NCBI GenBank assembly: GCA_002269645.1
Contig: NIVC01003468.1
Coordinates: 32,388-96,387 of the forward strand
Direction: 5' to 3'
DNA from: Macrostomum lignano
Taxonomy: Eukaryota
Length of the DNA stretch: 64,000 nucleotides
The translations under genes were made by a program, and so were the position numbers. Each line of letters begins with the position of its first letter. The first letter of the stretch is position 1. Positions 61,261-64,000 of the stretch are shown piece by piece. The notes beneath the pieces were generated by a model that had not been told where the DNA came from, searched no databases, and saw only the letters and a list, made by a program, of their open reading frames with translations.

Positions 61261-62031
61261 TTACTGCCCGAAAATCTCCACCTCGCACAGGGAGAGCTCG
61301 TGCGACTGCAGGTTGTACATGCCGAACCTACTGCCGAAGGCGTTGCAGCTGAAGTTGGCAGTTGAGAATGTCACGGCAAGATTCATTCGGCAGCACTCCA
61401 CATCGTCCACGCGCAACGACATCTTGTTGTGCCGGCTGCTGCAGCAGCAGTCCAGCCTGTTGACGATGGTGACGTGCGAGATGCGGGCGGCGGTGGCCAG
61501 CTCGGCCTCCCACCAGCCGGGCACGCCAACCTGGGTCAGGATGCACCCGAGGCCACCCCACCAGTTCTGGTTCTTATTTCCGTCGAAGGCTCTCTCGCAA
61601 ACTCCGCCTTGAGCTACGGTGCTCTGATTGCAGGTGACAAAGTTCAGTTTGGCTGCAATTTTCGTCAGACAAGAGAAGTCACTGGGGGTAATCACAGGTA
61701 CAAACAGGTACTACAATCAGATATGAAACTCCTACTTACTGAACTTCATTGTGTAAACATGGCAGGGCTCTGTGCTGTTCCAGGCAGCCTCATTATAGAA
61801 TGCCGACACGTTGAAAAAGCGGCACAAACCCCGCAGCCAGCTGAAGCCGAAGCAGAACGGCCTCAAACTGCAGCCTTCAGAGCACTTGAGCCTGCTGCTG
61901 CCCAGTGCCGTCTCCGTGGCCACGGGAGCCAAGTCGCTGTGCAATCTGGCGGAACTGAACACAGTCTGCAGTGCTTGACTAGAGGGCAAAGCCGTACAAA
62001 CCAGCAGCAGGAGCGCTTCGTTGCACCGCAT
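61261..62031 (-). CDS. Secreted PAN/apple-like + F-type lectin (fucolectin/FTP) domain protein
   Basis: Exon 1 from 62031: signal peptide MRCNEALLLLVCTALPSSQA, then KCSEGCSLRPFCFGFSWLRGLC (PAN-like). Exon 2: CNQST..AFDGN..C.LT..WWEAEL..VTIVNRLDCC..LSLCEVEIF. In-frame join possible via donor 61735 and acceptor 61682; the stronger GTAAGT donor at 61739 gives no in-frame join. Confidence 0.75.
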
Positions 62032-62367
62032 AATTTATTTTCTGCAAAGCCTTGCTGTTTCTCAGAATTGATGGGATGCCAGAGCTTTGTCTGTGCTGGC
62101 CTGATGCTTGAATGCAGCTCTGAACTTTTTATTGAATTTGCCCTGCAGATGCTTCTTTGATGTTCTGAATGATTTTATTGGGCAGCTCAACCAGCCAATC
62201 CGGGTGCGTGTTTATTTAGTTAGTTGGCTAGTTAATCTTAGAGGCAGTGCAGTCTAGAAACCACTTTGTAAATTCCGGTAAAATCTGCCATTTTTATCCT
62301 AAGGGACTTTTCCCTTAGGAAATTGATTTTAAATCAGAGGCAGGGGGCTGCGTGCACCCTGACGCAA

Positions 62368-62658
62368 TTTAAGCGACATTGTCACAACCGGCGAGAGGCA
62401 TTACCGCTCATTCCGCGACTTCCCTGAGCAGGCACACAAGCGCAAGGATACGTACGCAGTCATACGGACAGCCACGCACTCACACAGGAGTTCACAGCGG
62501 CCCTGACTTTATTTATCGTTAGGCATGTACACTTCAGTGTGTTTTGGGGTTGGTCCATATTCCAATTTAGCCCCAAATTAATGTGACTGCACTTGGAATC
62601 GAGCCTGGGCCGCTGGCGCATGCGAGCAGAAGAGCGCTGCGCTAGACCACTCGGTTTA
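62368..62658 (-). mobile_element. SINE-like family B copy with tRNA-like head
   Basis: A-box-like CCGAGTGGTCTAGCG and B-box-like GGCTCGATTCC, body matches 57613-57909. Confidence 0.72.
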
Positions 62659-64000
62659 CGAAGATTCATGCTACGTTAGATTTACGAAAAAGAATAGGTT
62701 TAATGTGTTTTGTAATCATAAGGCACAAAAAATCGAGTCGATTAAGAAAGCCAGGAAACTGATGTAAAGCTTTCGAATGTGACTTATACAGAAAAATGTT
62801 TAAACGTCGATTTAAAATTTCTATTAAAAATAGCTCGTAATTAGCTTCCGATAGAAGTTTCAATCAAGACTTTTGAGTATAACGATCAGGTCGGTGAAAA
62901 AATTGACCCAGTCAGCCTGGTTGTCACTTTTTAAAGCCTATTTAGCACCTTCATTCACTAGATGTTTGGAGTTGGAGGCATCGAGTAGTTTATTGATAGT
63001 GCTCAATAAAGTTTGTGGTCATTTGTACACTCCAATGCCCTTCATCTGTAGATGACTTTCATCTGTACATTCGCAAAGTTGATTCGATACCTGCTTAGTC
63101 TGAGTCCTTGACTTTCCTGTACTCGCTGCAAAATTTGCTCTCAATATTTCCTCTGTTCAGTCTAACAAGTGATTTTAACGGCTGCCACTGGCTGCGAAGC
63201 AGCTCCAGCATGTGAGGCGTCTATAATGACGTTTAAAACACTCGAAAGGAGTCAGCATCAGCTTCATTCATTAAACAATAGGCTTGCAGTAACTCCTAGG
63301 TCCCACTGCCATTAAATTTCTGAAGTTGCCTCCTGATCACTTGACTCACCATCCGCTTTGTCAACGTGGCCAAAAAATTAACTTCATGGAACTCCATTCA
63401 ATCCGTGAAATTTCGCAGTATTCAAATCATCGGAGCAGTGTCCGCTGAGAAAGCTCTTAAAAAGCTTGATCAGAAAAGACCGACAAACACTTTAAAATTT
63501 TTGAAGCTGGGTGGAGAAGCTGAAAGTGCCTTCTCACCCAATCATAGGAAGCGAACATTCATATTTCACTCGAGAGCTTCTTCTTCGTTTTGGCAAAATG
63601 CTGCTCCAAAGTGAATTGGAGGTCAATAAGTTCTACCAAGATGCAACCAGGATGCAACAGCGTCATTTAAGATGCATTTGTTGTTGGAATTTTCCTATTG
63701 TGTCCTTTAGTGTTTTTGTAATATCGATATTTACCCTGTAACAACCCGACCTTCTAGAAATTAATTTATTAAAAGTTCCCTACTAATTCTAACTCCCCAA
63801 TGCCCCCCTACTAACAGTAGGAATACCAAGCTATTTTTTCCGCCCGTCGAACATTGTTGCAACAGGATGTCCATAATCGTCTGGTGTCATCTGTTGAAGT
63901 TTTCGACGGCGTCCAGGTGATAACTGAATGCTTGAGAGACTATCTGAGGATGTCCAGTAGTTGAGGTTTGCCCACTGTCAAGGCTTGATCAGCGAAACTC

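Noticed and set aside
62700-64000. Short ORFs at the window end and at 54200-59200
   Set aside because: No recognisable motifs, frequent stops in all frames and no convincing exon boundaries.

Overview
Eukaryotic (invertebrate animal) genomic DNA with GT-AG introns, many packed with a different minisatellite. GC-rich coding exons plus repeat-filled introns resemble the flatworm Macrostomum, but that is an inference. There are no prokaryotic features and no CRISPR array. Spliced gene models built by hand, left to right: a 5'-truncated secreted inhibitor-cystine-knot (conotoxin-like) peptide (+, 1-198); an atypical class A GPCR (-, 644-2364); an orphan two-TM exon; an RNF144-type RBR E3 ligase (-, 9770-14608) head-to-head with a six-exon GRK2/3 kinase (+, 17209-31722) that has a 1-nt frameshift in exon 2; two tandem KY/hillarin-like transglutaminase-fold genes (-, 36307-45442 and 49231-54023), both starting Met-Gly-Cys, one with the catalytic Cys and one without, with a decayed relic between them; and a secreted PAN/apple + F-type lectin gene (-, 61261-62031). 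Mobile DNA: a young Ty3/Gypsy element (identical 242-bp LTRs, AGCTC TSD, one in-frame TAG before integrase) inserted in a minisatellite in intron 1 of the first KY-like gene, a decayed Penelope-like element, two tRNA-derived SINE families (two copies each) and several hairpin/MITE-like elements. Most long ORFs in the supplied track are translations of tandem repeats. Leading candidates for novelty: the active/pseudo-enzyme KY-like pair, a 57-bp array offering in-frame splice acceptors in most of its 22 units, the knottin peptide, and the lectin with an altered fucose-binding motif.
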